Positions 43,326 to 53,091 of a DNA stretch of 64,000 nucleotides are shown here, piece after piece; positions within the stretch are counted from its first letter, which is position 1, and each line of letters begins with the position of its first letter. The notes under the pieces are model-generated. The model was not told where the DNA came from and ran no database searches. It worked only from the letters and a program-made list of their open reading frames with translations. Origin of the DNA: an uncultured delta proteobacterium (GTDB lineage Bacteria; Myxococcota; Myxococcia; Myxococcales; Myxococcaceae); contig CAVYSY010000026.1 in the NCBI GenBank assembly GCA_963771175.1, forward strand, positions 512,001 through 576,000. Reading direction: 5' to 3'. Position numbers and translations under genes: made by a program.

Positions 43326-44789
43326 TCACGGCTGGTACGGCAGCGTGTCGAACGCGCCTCCGTAGTACAACCCGACCTTCCGGTTCGACTCGGTTCCCCA
43401 CTGCCCGCAATTGGCGGCCGTGCCGAACACGTTCCCCGTGAAGTCGGTGTACGCGCAGAAGTTGTCGGCGACGTTGTGCAGACGGATGGGGAAATACTCG
43501 TCGAAGCCGCCCTGGTCGTACCTCTCGAGCATCCAGCGCTGCTCGTCGCTGCCGTCGCACGGGTCGGTGACGACGGTCCAGGGGCCGGCGAGGATGCCGG
43601 ACTGGCTCAGGCACTCGCCGTTCGCGAGGTTGCGGAACCCGAAGGCGTCGTCGCCGTCGGGGAACATCTGCCATTGCTGGAGCGGGTCGGCGGGCTCGCA
43701 CGTGCTCGTCGAGTGGACCTTGTCGTCGCCGGCGAGCAGGCAACGGTTCTTCGTCTTGAAGCGGATGACGACGAAGCCCGGGTCATTGTCGCAGGCATCG
43801 CCGATGCCGTCGCCATCGACGTCGGCCTGGTCGGTGTTCGGATGCTCGGGGCAGTTGTCGTCGGCATCGACGAGGGTGTCACCGTCGACGTCGGACCTCT
43901 CGCAGCCGGCCACGGCGGAGACTGGGCAGATACCGCCGTGGCAGCTCCAGTCCGGGAAGTCGTAGGCGATCTTCGCGCTCGACGGGGCGCACTCCATCCC
44001 TTCCAGAGGATCTGCCGAGCATGCCGCCTCGAAGCTGCCGCCGCCGCGCTTCTTGTTCTTGATCACGATGCGCGAGGTCACCGTGCCGGTGAAATCGCCT
44101 GACACCGTGACGGTCCCGCCCTCGTTACCGTTGCCGCTGAAGTCGGTGTCCTGGAGCAGCTGGCCGTCGACCACGAGGTTGAACGTCCGCGCGACCGTCG
44201 TTCCGCCCTCCTCGACGTCGATGGTGACGGCGTGAGCGCAGGCGTCGAAGGTGAACGTGCTGACCGCGCGCAGGCCGTCGAGGCCCACGTTCCAGGCGAC
44301 GCTCCCGGTGTCGCACTGCGCCGACCAGTCGCCGGTGGCCGCCGGGTTCTCGCACCCGTTCAGCTTGCACTTGATCTCGTCCTGCCAGAGCGCGAAGGCG
44401 CGCACCAGCTCTCCGTTGGACCAGGGCAGCACCGGGGCGCAGCTTGCCTTGCAGTCCTCGCTCTCGACCACGTAGCTGGCCTCGTCCGTGCCCGCCGACC
44501 ACGCGATGTGGATTACGTTGAACCCGCATTTGGGCACCGCGATCTGGCGGTTCGCGTCGAGCCGGTTCGGGCAGTCGCCCCCGTTCCAGTCCGGGGTCGT
44601 GCCGTCGGTCGTGAAACAGACCACCGGCTCGTCGTCGAGGTTGATTACTGAGACGAGCGAGCCCACCTCGGGGAGGGTGGTGGCGCTGGGGGGATCGAAG
44701 TGCGACAGGGGGGGCGCGATCCCACTGCTCCCACAGTGGCAGCTCGCGAAGGTCAAGCAAAGGAACGCGGACGCGAAGCGACTGTTCAT
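43326..44789 (-). CDS. Cys-rich exported protein/lipoprotein with thrombospondin type-3 repeats and C-terminal ricin-B lectin domain
   Basis: FASC lipobox-like, [33 protein letters not shown] ricin repeats. Confidence 0.8.
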   Translation of the reverse strand: MNSRFASAFLCLTFASCHCGSSGIAPPLSHFDPPSATTLPEVGSLVSVINLDDEPVVCFTTDGTTPDWNGGDCPNRLDANRQIAVPKCGFNVIHIAWSAGTDEASYVVESEDCKASCAPVLPWSNGELVRAFALWQDEIKCKLNGCENPAATGDWSAQCDTGSVAWNVGLDGLRAVSTFTFDACAHAVTIDVEEGGTTVARTFNLVVDGQLLQDTDFSGNGNEGGTVTVSGDFTGTVTSRIVIKNKKRGGGSFEAACSADPLEGMECAPSSAKIAYDFPDWSCHGGICPVSAVAGCERSDVDGDTLVDADDNCPEHPNTDQADVDGDGIGDACDNDPGFVVIRFKTKNRCLLAGDDKVHSTSTCEPADPLQQWQMFPDGDDAFGFRNLANGECLSQSGILAGPWTVVTDPCDGSDEQRWMLERYDQGGFDEYFPIRLHNVADNFCAYTDFTGNVFGTAANCGQWGTESNRKVGLYYGGAFDTLPYQP

Positions 44790-44872
44790 GTTCGGACACT
44801 ATCACCGACCCTGCCAGGCGCCGCCGAAGCGTAGAGGAGGGACGGGAGCCATGTTGAGGGTGAGGGCTGGCG

Positions 44873-44977
44873 GCTGGTGGAGGCGCTTCCTCGACTGACG
44901 CAGCGACGCCCGTCCCTTGAAGGCTCAGCTGAAGGCGTCGTAGCCGGTGATGGCCTTGCCGAGCACCAGCGTGTGCA
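44873..44977 (+). repeat. Right copy of the duplicated junction (orphan DUF3396 stub WWRRFLD* + gcdH 3' end)
   Basis: Near-identical to 31376-31408 and 31452-31509. Confidence 0.9.
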
Positions 44978-46103
44978 CCTCGTGGGTGCCCTCGTAGGTG
45001 TAGACGCTCTCCAGGTTGAGCATGTGGCGGATCGGCGGGTAGGCGTCGGTGACGCCGTTGGCGCCGTAGATGCTCCGGGCCACGCGGGCGATCTCCAGCG
45101 CGGCCTTCACGTTGTTGCGCTTCGCGAGGCTCACCATGACGGGCGTCACCTTGCCCTCGTCCTTGAGGCGCGCCAGCCGCAGCGAGAGGAGCTGCGCCTT
45201 CACAATCTCCTGCAGCATGTCCGCCAGCTTCTCCTGGGTGAGCTGGTAGGCGGCGATGGGCTTGTCGAACTGGCCCCGGGTGAGCGAGTACTCGCGAGCC
45301 CCCTCGAAGCAGGCGATGGCGGCGCCGGTGACGGCGAAGGCGATCGTCATCCGCGCGTTGTTGAGGCACGACAGGGGCCCTCGCAGCCCCGTCACCCCGG
45401 GCAGCACGTTGCTGTCCGGCACTCGGACGTCCTGGAAGGACAGCTCGCTGGTGGTGGAGGCGCGCAGGGAGAACTTCCCCGGAATCTCCTGGGCGGTGAA
45501 GCCAGGCATCCCCTTCTCCACGAGGAAGCCGCGGATGGACTCGGGGCCGCCCTCGTCCGTCTTGGCCCACACGACGGCCACGTTGGCGACGGTGCCGTTG
45601 GTGATCCACGTCTTGGCGCCGTTGAGCACCCAGGTGTCCCCGTCACGGCGGGCGCGGGTGCGCATGCCGGCGGGGTTGGAGCCGAAGTCGGCCTCGGTGA
45701 GGCCGAAGCAGCCGATGATTTCTCCCCGGGCCATACCGGGCAGGAAACGCTGCTTCTGCTCCTCGCTGCCGTAGGCGTGGATGGGGAACATGCAGAGCGA
45801 GCCCTGCACCGAGGCGAAGGAGCGCAGCCCCGAGTCCCCTCGCTCCAGCTCCTGGAGGATGAGGCCGTAGCTGACGGTGTTCATCCCGGCGCAGCCGTAG
45901 CCCTGGAGGTTGGCGCCGAGCACCCCCATCTCGCCGAGGCGCGGCACGAGGTGGGAGGGGAAGGTGCCCTCGCGGAAGTGCTTGCCGATGATGGGCAGCA
46001 CCTCGGTGTCGACGAAGCGGGCGACGGTGTCGCGAGCGGCCTTCTCCTCGGGGGAGAGCAGGTCGTCGATGCGGAAGAGGTCGGTGATGTCCGCGCGCGG
46101 CAT
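44925..46103 (-). CDS. gcdH: Glutaryl-CoA dehydrogenase-like acyl-CoA dehydrogenase
   Basis: ERGDSGLRSFASVQGSL, GCFGLTE, KTWITN, TYEGTHEVHTL. Confidence 0.9.
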   Translation of the reverse strand: MPRADITDLFRIDDLLSPEEKAARDTVARFVDTEVLPIIGKHFREGTFPSHLVPRLGEMGVLGANLQGYGCAGMNTVSYGLILQELERGDSGLRSFASVQGSLCMFPIHAYGSEEQKQRFLPGMARGEIIGCFGLTEADFGSNPAGMRTRARRDGDTWVLNGAKTWITNGTVANVAVVWAKTDEGGPESIRGFLVEKGMPGFTAQEIPGKFSLRASTTSELSFQDVRVPDSNVLPGVTGLRGPLSCLNNARMTIAFAVTGAAIACFEGAREYSLTRGQFDKPIAAYQLTQEKLADMLQEIVKAQLLSLRLARLKDEGKVTPVMVSLAKRNNVKAALEIARVARSIYGANGVTDAYPPIRHMLNLESVYTYEGTHEVHTLVLGKAITGYDAFS

Positions 46104-46188
46104 GGGGGAGTCCTCCAGGGGGGTGGGCGGCTGGGGCTTGTATCACCAGGAGGACCAGACGAACGAGGGCCGGGTATTGTCCGGAGTC

Positions 46189-46950
46189 ATGACGACTCCC
46201 AAGAAGACGGCGGTGGTGACGGGCGCGAGCCGAGGCATCGGCCGGGCCCTGGTGCAGGCCTTCGTGAAGGAGGGCTACGAGGTGTGGGCGCTGGCGCGGG
46301 CGGCGGACGCGCTGGAGTCCCTCGCTCGCGAGTCGGGCGGAGCGGTGCGCCCGCTGGCGGTCGACGTGGCGGACGAGGCGGCAGTGCTGGCGGCGAGCAA
46401 GCGGATTCTCGAGGCGGGGACGCCGCGGGTGCTGGTGAACAACGCGGGGATGACCGTGTCGGCGCCGCTGAACAAGACGTCCACGCAGGACTTCCAGAAG
46501 GTGATGGCGGTGAACGTGACGGCGCCCTTCCTCTTCAGCCGCGAGCTGATTCCGGCGATGGCGGCGGCGGGCGGGGGCCGGGTCATCAACATCGGCTCCA
46601 TCGCGGCGACGCGGGGGGTGAAGTACACGTCGGCCTACTGCGCCTCGAAGCACGCGCTGCTGGGGCTGACGCGCTCGCTGGCGGTGGAGTGGGCGCGCAA
46701 GAACGTGACGGTGAACATCGTCAACCCGGGCTGGGTGGAGACGGACATGCTCACCCAAGCGAAGTCGGCCATCTCGAAGAGCACGGGCCGCTCGGAGCAG
46801 GAGGCACACGCGGTGCTGGCGAACATGAACGCCATGGGCCGGGTCATCCAGCCCGAGGAGGTCGCGGCGCTGTGCGTCTTCCTGGCCTCGGACGCCGCGG
46901 CCTCCATCACCGGCGCGGCCTACAACATCGACGGCGGCGAGGCCGGGTGA
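46189..46950 (+). CDS. SDR family oxidoreductase
   Basis: TGASRGIG, NNAG, YCASK, VNPGWVET. Confidence 0.93.
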   Translation: MTTPKKTAVVTGASRGIGRALVQAFVKEGYEVWALARAADALESLARESGGAVRPLAVDVADEAAVLAASKRILEAGTPRVLVNNAGMTVSAPLNKTSTQDFQKVMAVNVTAPFLFSRELIPAMAAAGGGRVINIGSIAATRGVKYTSAYCASKHALLGLTRSLAVEWARKNVTVNIVNPGWVETDMLTQAKSAISKSTGRSEQEAHAVLANMNAMGRVIQPEEVAALCVFLASDAAASITGAAYNIDGGEAG

Positions 46951-46971
46951 ACGGAAGTCCTCGCCGGCGGC

Positions 46972-48102
46972 TCAGGAAGCCTCGTCCTCGAGGAGGCAGG
47001 GCAGCCGCACGGTGAAGGTGGTGCCGCGCCCCAGGGTGCTCCGTACGTCCAGCGAGCCCCCCAGCACCCGCGTCAGCTCCTTGGCGAGCACCAGCCCCAG
47101 CGCGGTGCTACCCACCTTGCGTCCCTTCGCGTCTCCCACCCGGCGGAACTGCTCGAAGAGCAGGGGGAGCTCCTCCTCGGGGATGCCCCCTCCCGTGTCC
47201 TCGATGGTGAAGACGGCATCGCGGCCCTCGGCGCGCACGGTGAGCGCCACTGTTCCGGACGCGGTGGAGCTGGCCGCGTACGACAGCAGGTGGAGCAGCA
47301 CCTGGCGCAGCTTCAGCTCGTCCGTGCGCAGCAGGTACACCTGCTCCGCGATGTCCGTGGTGAGCTCGACGTCCTTGCCCTCGAGTTGCTCGCGCACCGT
47401 GCCGGCACACTCCTCGGCCATCTCCCGGAAGTTCAGCACCTCCCCCACCACCTCCATCCGGCCCGCGGCGATCCGGATCAGCTCCAAGACGTCGTTGATG
47501 AGCGCGAGCAGCGCCTGAGCACTCTTCTTGACCATGTCGAGGTCGCGACGCCCGGGCGGCGTCAGGCGGCTGCCCTCCTCGAGCATCAAGAGCTCGCAGT
47601 AGCCAATGATGCCGTTGAGGGGCGAGCGGATCTCATGGTTGAGGTCGGCCAGGAACTCGCTGCCGCGCTGGCGCCGCTCCACGGCATTCTGGTGTTCACG
47701 GCGCTCGACGGCCCGCCGCACCTCGCGCTGGACTTCCAGCACCACCTGCGCCAGCCGCCCCATATCCACGTAGCCCTTGGCGCCCGCAGCCAGGGCCGCG
47801 CTCAGCTCCGCCTCGTCCCACCGCGGCGTGAGCACGAGGAAGGCCAGCGCGGGAGCCTTCTCTCGCAACAGCGGCGCCGCCTCCTGGAAGCCGAGCCCCG
47901 CCAGCTCCGCCCCACACACGGCCAGGTCCCACGGATGCTCCAGCGCGGCCCTCAGCGCCTCCGGTGTGGACACCCGCTCCGAGGAGACGTCCAGTCCCGT
48001 CCCTCGCAGCCGCTCCAACACCTGCTGCGTCTCGCGCTCGCCCGCCACGAAGAGCAGGCGCGCGGCAGCCGCCTCCTTCACCTCCGTCACCGCACTGGTC
48101 AT
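46972..48102 (-). CDS. Hybrid histidine kinase-like protein with degenerate receiver and ATP-binding motifs
   Basis: NHEIRSPL H-box, DTGGGI; N-box reads HLLSYA; receiver lacks the Asp residues. Confidence 0.8.
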   Translation of the reverse strand: MTSAVTEVKEAAAARLLFVAGERETQQVLERLRGTGLDVSSERVSTPEALRAALEHPWDLAVCGAELAGLGFQEAAPLLREKAPALAFLVLTPRWDEAELSAALAAGAKGYVDMGRLAQVVLEVQREVRRAVERREHQNAVERRQRGSEFLADLNHEIRSPLNGIIGYCELLMLEEGSRLTPPGRRDLDMVKKSAQALLALINDVLELIRIAAGRMEVVGEVLNFREMAEECAGTVREQLEGKDVELTTDIAEQVYLLRTDELKLRQVLLHLLSYAASSTASGTVALTVRAEGRDAVFTIEDTGGGIPEEELPLLFEQFRRVGDAKGRKVGSTALGLVLAKELTRVLGGSLDVRSTLGRGTTFTVRLPCLLEDEAS

Positions 48103-48175
48103 CCCTCAACTCCTCCTCAATGCGAGGAAACCGCGAAACTCACGTTCCGTCCAGCAACCATGAGGGCGCCCCTCG

Positions 48176-48847
48176 TCAGGAAGGAGGGTCCGACCTTCCG
48201 GGGGAGCACACGAGCCCTTCCCTGACAGACCTGGCGAGACTCCTCGCGGCCAGCTCGCAGTCGTCCGCGGAGCAGATGGCGGACACCACCGAGACCCCGT
48301 CCGCCCCCGCGGCGATGACGGCCGAGGCGTTGGCGAGGGTGATGCCGCCGATGGCTACCACCGGGACGGAGAGCTGGCGTCGCAGGTGGGCGAGGCCCTC
48401 CAGCCCGAGCGCCGGGGTGGCGTCCGCCTTGGAGGCGGTGGGGAAGATGGGGCCCACGCCCGCGTAGTCCACCACCGAGGGATCCAACGTGGGCAGGTCC
48501 TCCGGCCCGGTGATGGACAGTCCCACCAGCGCCTCGGGCCCCAGCAGACGTCGGGCCACCTCGGGTGGCAGGTCGCTCTGCCCCACGTGGACCCCGTCGG
48601 CCCCCAGCGCCAGGGCCAGGTCCACCCGGTCGTTGACGATGAGCGGCACCCCGAGTGGACGGAGCCGGCCGAGGAGCGCGCGGCCCAGCTCCAACATCTC
48701 GCGCGACGACGCATCCTTCTCGCGCAACTGCACCACGGTGACCCCACCCCGCACCGCGGCGAGCACCACGTCCACCAGCTCGCGCCCGCGCGCCAGCGAA
48801 CGGTCGGTGACCAGATAAACGGACAGATCGAGCACGCGCCGGGTCAT
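48176..48847 (-). CDS. thiE: Thiamine-phosphate synthase
   Basis: YLVTD, VQLREK, NDRVD, GVHVGQSD, FPTASK, AIGGI. Confidence 0.95.
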   Translation of the reverse strand: MTRRVLDLSVYLVTDRSLARGRELVDVVLAAVRGGVTVVQLREKDASSREMLELGRALLGRLRPLGVPLIVNDRVDLALALGADGVHVGQSDLPPEVARRLLGPEALVGLSITGPEDLPTLDPSVVDYAGVGPIFPTASKADATPALGLEGLAHLRRQLSVPVVAIGGITLANASAVIAAGADGVSVVSAICSADDCELAARSLARSVREGLVCSPGRSDPPS

Positions 48848-48860
48848 CCAGGGGCCTCTC

Positions 48861-49655
48861 TCAGCGCACGCGGGCGCGGGCGCGCACGGTGGCCTCGTCC
48901 AGCGTGTAGAGCGCGTCCAGCAGGTGCAACTGCAGCGAGCCCGGTCCCTGGGACTGCTCGGCCGCGAGCTCTCCCGCCAGACCCAGCACGGCGAGGGCGC
49001 GCGCGGCGGCCAGCACCGCGTCGGGCTCCACCGCCAGGAAGGCGGCCACGAGCGCGGACGCCGTGCACCCCATGCCCGTCACCCGAGCCATGAGCGGATG
49101 GCCGTTGTCCACCGCCACCATGCGGTCGCCATCGGTGACGTAGTCCGTCCGGCCGGTGACGGCCACCACGGTGCCCAGGGAGGCGGCGAGCCTCCGTGCC
49201 GCCTCGAGCGAGACCTCGGAGGACTGGGTGCTGTCCACCCCGCGCGTGGCCCCCGCCTCACCCGCCACCGCGAGCACCTCCGAGGCGTTGCCACGGATGA
49301 CGGCCGGGGCCTGGCGCGCCAGCTCGGCGGCGGTGGTGGTGCGGTAGCGCGTGGCCCCGGCGCCCACCGGATCCAACACCCAGGGCACCCCTGCCCGACG
49401 CGCGGCCTCCACCGCCAGCCGCATCCCCTCCACCCACTCCGGCGACAGGGTGCCGATGTTCACCACCAGCGCCTGCGAGAGGGCCGCGAAGTCCGCCACC
49501 TCCTCGCGGGCATGCACCATGGCCGGCGAGGCCCCCACGGCCAGCAAGGCGTTGGCCGTGTTGTTCATCACGACGTAGTTGGTGATGTTGTGCACGAGCG
49601 GCGCCCGCTCCCGCACCGCCTTCAGCGACTGCCACACGCCTGCGCTCAGATCCAC
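48861..49655 (-). CDS. thiM: Hydroxyethylthiazole kinase
   Basis: PLVHNITNYV, NIGTL, LDPVGAG, IRGNASE, VTGMGC. Confidence 0.96.
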   Translation of the reverse strand: MDLSAGVWQSLKAVRERAPLVHNITNYVVMNNTANALLAVGASPAMVHAREEVADFAALSQALVVNIGTLSPEWVEGMRLAVEAARRAGVPWVLDPVGAGATRYRTTTAAELARQAPAVIRGNASEVLAVAGEAGATRGVDSTQSSEVSLEAARRLAASLGTVVAVTGRTDYVTDGDRMVAVDNGHPLMARVTGMGCTASALVAAFLAVEPDAVLAAARALAVLGLAGELAAEQSQGPGSLQLHLLDALYTLDEATVRARARVR

Positions 49656-49775
49656 CGCGAGCTCCTCTCATTCGACGAGAAAACCCTACCCGATGGGCAT
49701 CCGGGTGGTAGCTGGTAATACGTGCGTAGGGACACTAGAACGCAATCCACTCCAGGCGCGAAAATACCCTCTGCC

Positions 49776-51368
49776 ATGACCCTCCCCTCTGCTGGCGAGC
49801 TCCCCGTCGGAACGGTTCTGCGGGACACCTATGAGATCTCCTCCGTGCTGGGCCGGGGCGGCATGGGCTCGGTCTTCCTGGCCCGGCACCTGCGGCTTCC
49901 TGGCAAACAGGTGGCCATCAAGGTGCTGCGGAACAACGTGGAGCTGGGCCCGGATGCGCATGCTCGGTTCCGTCGGGAGGCGGAGATTGCCTCCCGGCTC
50001 GATCATCCGAACATCGTCGAGGTGCTCGACTTCGATACCCTGGAGGACGGCTCCGCCTTCCTGGTGATGGAGTACCTCCGGGGGCAGAGCCTCGCCAAAC
50101 GGCTGCGGCAGCGGCGCCTCTCGAACGAGGAGGTGTTCGACATCGCCCGGCAGATCGGCGCGGCCCTGCAGACGGCCCACCGTGCCGGCGTGGTGCACCG
50201 TGATCTCAAGCCCGACAACGTCTTCCTCGTCCCCCACGAGGCTGGGGGAGTGGTGGGCGAGCGGGTGAAGCTGCTCGATTTCGGCATCTCCAAGATCATC
50301 GACTCCCAGACGCTGCAGACCCAGGACTCCGTCCTGCTCGGGACGCCGCGGTACATGGCCCCCGAGCAGGCGATGGGTAAGAACCGGGAGGTGGACGCCC
50401 GCACCGACATCTATTCCTTCGGCTGCATCGTCTACGAGATGCTCGCCGGCAAGGGGCCGTTCGCCAGACTGAGTCTCCCCGAGTTCATCTACCGCATCGT
50501 CCACGAGGCGCCCGACCCGCTGGCCCCCCTCGCACCGGAGGCTCCCGCCCAGGCCGTCGCGGCCGTCGAACGGGCACTCGCGAAACGGCCGGAGGATCGC
50601 CAACAGGACGTCGATGCCTTCATCACCGAGCTGACGGGAAGCCCGCTCCAGACCCTCTCCTCGCACGAGCCCGCTGACACCTCCCCGGCGACCGCGGTCG
50701 CGAGGAAGCGCCCACCCCAGGAGGCTCCGCCCTCGGCCCCCGGAGAGACAGAGCAGCTTCCCGAGACCCCGGCGCCCGAAGCGAGCGCGAAGAAGAGGCC
50801 CGGGGTGGTGATCGCGGCGGCGGTGGCCCTGGTGGGTATCGCCGCCCTCCTCGTGTGGCTGCGTCCCGGAGCACCCTCGGCGCCGGCCTCCGGGCCCGCG
50901 ACAGCGGTGGCAATGACCCAGCCCGCGCCCGCGGCTCCTGCTTCCGCCCCTCCTTCGGCCCCCGTGGAGCCGGCGACTGGCACCCCCTCACCGGCTCCGA
51001 ACGCCCCCACGGAGACCGCGAAGCCCTCCACTACCGACGTTCCCACCCCCACGGGCACGCCGGCCCGGCAGACGGCGCGGACGCATCCGCCGGAGCGGCA
51101 GGGCTCGTCCGAGGTCCTCCCGGAGGCGGCGCGCAAGGACCTGGAGTTGGCGGAGCAGTCGCTGGCCAGCGGCAAGGTCGAGGAGGCGCTCCATCTCATC
51201 CGCCGCAGCCAGCGGGTCCAGCTCTCGGGCGCCTCCTTCGCGCTCCTCACCCGCGCGCACTGCCGCGACCGAGACCTCTCCAATGCCCGCGCGCAATGGG
51301 TCCGGGTCCCGTCCTCGGAGCGCCCACGGGTCCGTCAGTACTGCAAGCTATATGAGATCTCGCTCTGA
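49776..51368 (+). CDS. Membrane Ser/Thr protein kinase with extracytoplasmic C-terminus
   Basis: GRGGMG, VAIK, HRDLKPDN, DFG, GTPRYMAPE, TM helix, P/A-rich linker. Confidence 0.95.
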   Translation: MTLPSAGELPVGTVLRDTYEISSVLGRGGMGSVFLARHLRLPGKQVAIKVLRNNVELGPDAHARFRREAEIASRLDHPNIVEVLDFDTLEDGSAFLVMEYLRGQSLAKRLRQRRLSNEEVFDIARQIGAALQTAHRAGVVHRDLKPDNVFLVPHEAGGVVGERVKLLDFGISKIIDSQTLQTQDSVLLGTPRYMAPEQAMGKNREVDARTDIYSFGCIVYEMLAGKGPFARLSLPEFIYRIVHEAPDPLAPLAPEAPAQAVAAVERALAKRPEDRQQDVDAFITELTGSPLQTLSSHEPADTSPATAVARKRPPQEAPPSAPGETEQLPETPAPEASAKKRPGVVIAAAVALVGIAALLVWLRPGAPSAPASGPATAVAMTQPAPAAPASAPPSAPVEPATGTPSPAPNAPTETAKPSTTDVPTPTGTPARQTARTHPPERQGSSEVLPEAARKDLELAEQSLASGKVEEALHLIRRSQRVQLSGASFALLTRAHCRDRDLSNARAQWVRVPSSERPRVRQYCKLYEISL

Positions 51369-51405
51369 CCCGTGGCAGTCACGCGGGTGCCGGGCCCACA
51401 CCGAG

Positions 51406-52233
51406 GTGACACGCTTGAGACTCGCACTGGCAATGACTGTCCTGGCCTTCGCGCTGGGGTGCGCCCGAGGCACACGCCCCGATGCATCCGCGTCCGTGGG
51501 ACAGGGAAAGGTGTTCTCCGCATCGAGCGGCGAGACGGTGACGATCATCCCGCTCATGCCCGCTGAGAGCAGGAGTTTCCTCCTCTACTTCCAGGGCACG
51601 AAGGATGACGTCGACGGAAAGGTCCTTCTCCAGAAGGCCAACCCGAACCTGACGGAGTACTACGCGCGCTGGCGGGGCCGCGACATGCGGTTCTTCTACG
51701 TGGAGCGCTGGAACAACCGCGAGCGCAACTACCTCCTGGTGCTCAACCGGGATGGGCTGGTCTCTGTCCAGCTCGACGCGGCGCGGACCCAGGCCCTGAA
51801 GGCCGAGGACGTCTACGAGCTGTACCAGCGGCAGATGGCGGATGGCACGATCGGCCGGGGAGAGTCGTTCGATCGGAAGTACTGGATGGACGACACGGCT
51901 CGGCAGTTCGCCCTGAAGGTCCAAGCCCTGAACGAGGCGTGCGGCACGCCGGTGGAGGCCCGCATCGACTGGGACTCCGTCTCGGACAAGCTGCTCACCG
52001 AGGAATCCATCTCCAGCTACTGCGGAGCCCCGCTCGAGGCGCTGCAGAGCCTGTGCAGTCGGTCCGAGGAGGCCCGGCGGACCGTCCGGGCCCGGGTGAA
52101 GGCACTCGACTGCCGGTTTGGAGAGACCATGGACCCACGCATCGAGGCGGAGAAGGTGGTCTGGACGACCCGCGTGGGGTCGGAAACCCTCTCCCCGGAA
52201 GCCACCACCTCCTTCTTCCTGGACAACCTGTAG
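51406..52233 (+). CDS. Hypothetical lipoprotein
   Basis: Lipobox ALGC, paired Cys in the C-terminal domain. Confidence 0.72.
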   Translation: MTRLRLALAMTVLAFALGCARGTRPDASASVGQGKVFSASSGETVTIIPLMPAESRSFLLYFQGTKDDVDGKVLLQKANPNLTEYYARWRGRDMRFFYVERWNNRERNYLLVLNRDGLVSVQLDAARTQALKAEDVYELYQRQMADGTIGRGESFDRKYWMDDTARQFALKVQALNEACGTPVEARIDWDSVSDKLLTEESISSYCGAPLEALQSLCSRSEEARRTVRARVKALDCRFGETMDPRIEAEKVVWTTRVGSETLSPEATTSFFLDNL

Positions 52234-52248
52234 GCGGAGAGTCCACCC

Positions 52249-53064
52249 ATGTCACTCGCACGTTTCCTCGTTCTGACGGTGGTCCTCTCCTCAGGTGGCG
52301 CCCTGGCCCTGGAGCCCCCTTGGGGTAATGAGAAGACCCTGCGTCAACGGATGCTGATGGAGGCCACCTCGGTATGCACCGATGGCCAGGAGCACTACGC
52401 CGTGGTGGTGCCCACGGAGGATGGAAGGCCCCAGTTCTTCTACGGGGATGGGCGCCGGTTCTTCCAGCTCCCCAAGTCCTCCGACAATCAGCTGCCCGGC
52501 TACCTCTTCCTCGATCCGCGCTTCGTCGATCCGAGCGCGAACGCCGACTACTACGGACGGGATCTCCGCCCCTACTCGGCCATCAAGCTGGACCATGAGG
52601 AGAAGACCTGCGCGGTGCGCTGTGGCACCCGGAACACGCCCTTCACGGTGCTCGAGCCCGACAAGGCCCGGGAGCTGCTGCGCCAGGCCACGTACGAGCC
52701 GAGCCCGCAGAAGTACGTGCCCTACGCCCTGCTGCGCGATCCGCGAGGCACCTACTACCTGGTGGACCGGGGCTTCCACCCGTCGGAGCAGAAGTCCTTC
52801 CGGGTGTTCATCGGGCCCCGGGGCAACCTCAAGCAGCAGGAGATGGTCAACGTCATCTCCGACTCCAAGGGGGAGATCTTCTCCACGAAGAAGGGAGACC
52901 TCCAGCTCCTGCTGGACCGGGAGCAGCCCTCGATGTGGATCGTGAAGAAGAAGAAGAAGACGCAGCTCCGCGCGGTGCCCGTCTCCGAGAACCTGCCGCT
53001 CATCTACAACGAGCTGGGGGTCTACGCGGGCGCCCGCCTGGGAACGCCGTGCGACGACCTGTGA
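52249..53064 (+). CDS. Secreted hypothetical protein
   Basis: Signal peptide ending ALA; GGAG SD; codon bias. Confidence 0.75.
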   Translation: MSLARFLVLTVVLSSGGALALEPPWGNEKTLRQRMLMEATSVCTDGQEHYAVVVPTEDGRPQFFYGDGRRFFQLPKSSDNQLPGYLFLDPRFVDPSANADYYGRDLRPYSAIKLDHEEKTCAVRCGTRNTPFTVLEPDKARELLRQATYEPSPQKYVPYALLRDPRGTYYLVDRGFHPSEQKSFRVFIGPRGNLKQQEMVNVISDSKGEIFSTKKGDLQLLLDREQPSMWIVKKKKKTQLRAVPVSENLPLIYNELGVYAGARLGTPCDDL

Positions 53065-53091
53065 GGCGCCACCCCCGGGCTTGAGCCCGGC

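Noticed and set aside
49660..49735. TPP riboswitch upstream of thiM (GGTAATAC..GCGTAGGGA resembles its 3' part)
   Set aside because: The resemblance is on the strand opposite to thiM and the GCTGAGA/CCTGA cores are missing; an Infernal RF00059 search would settle it.
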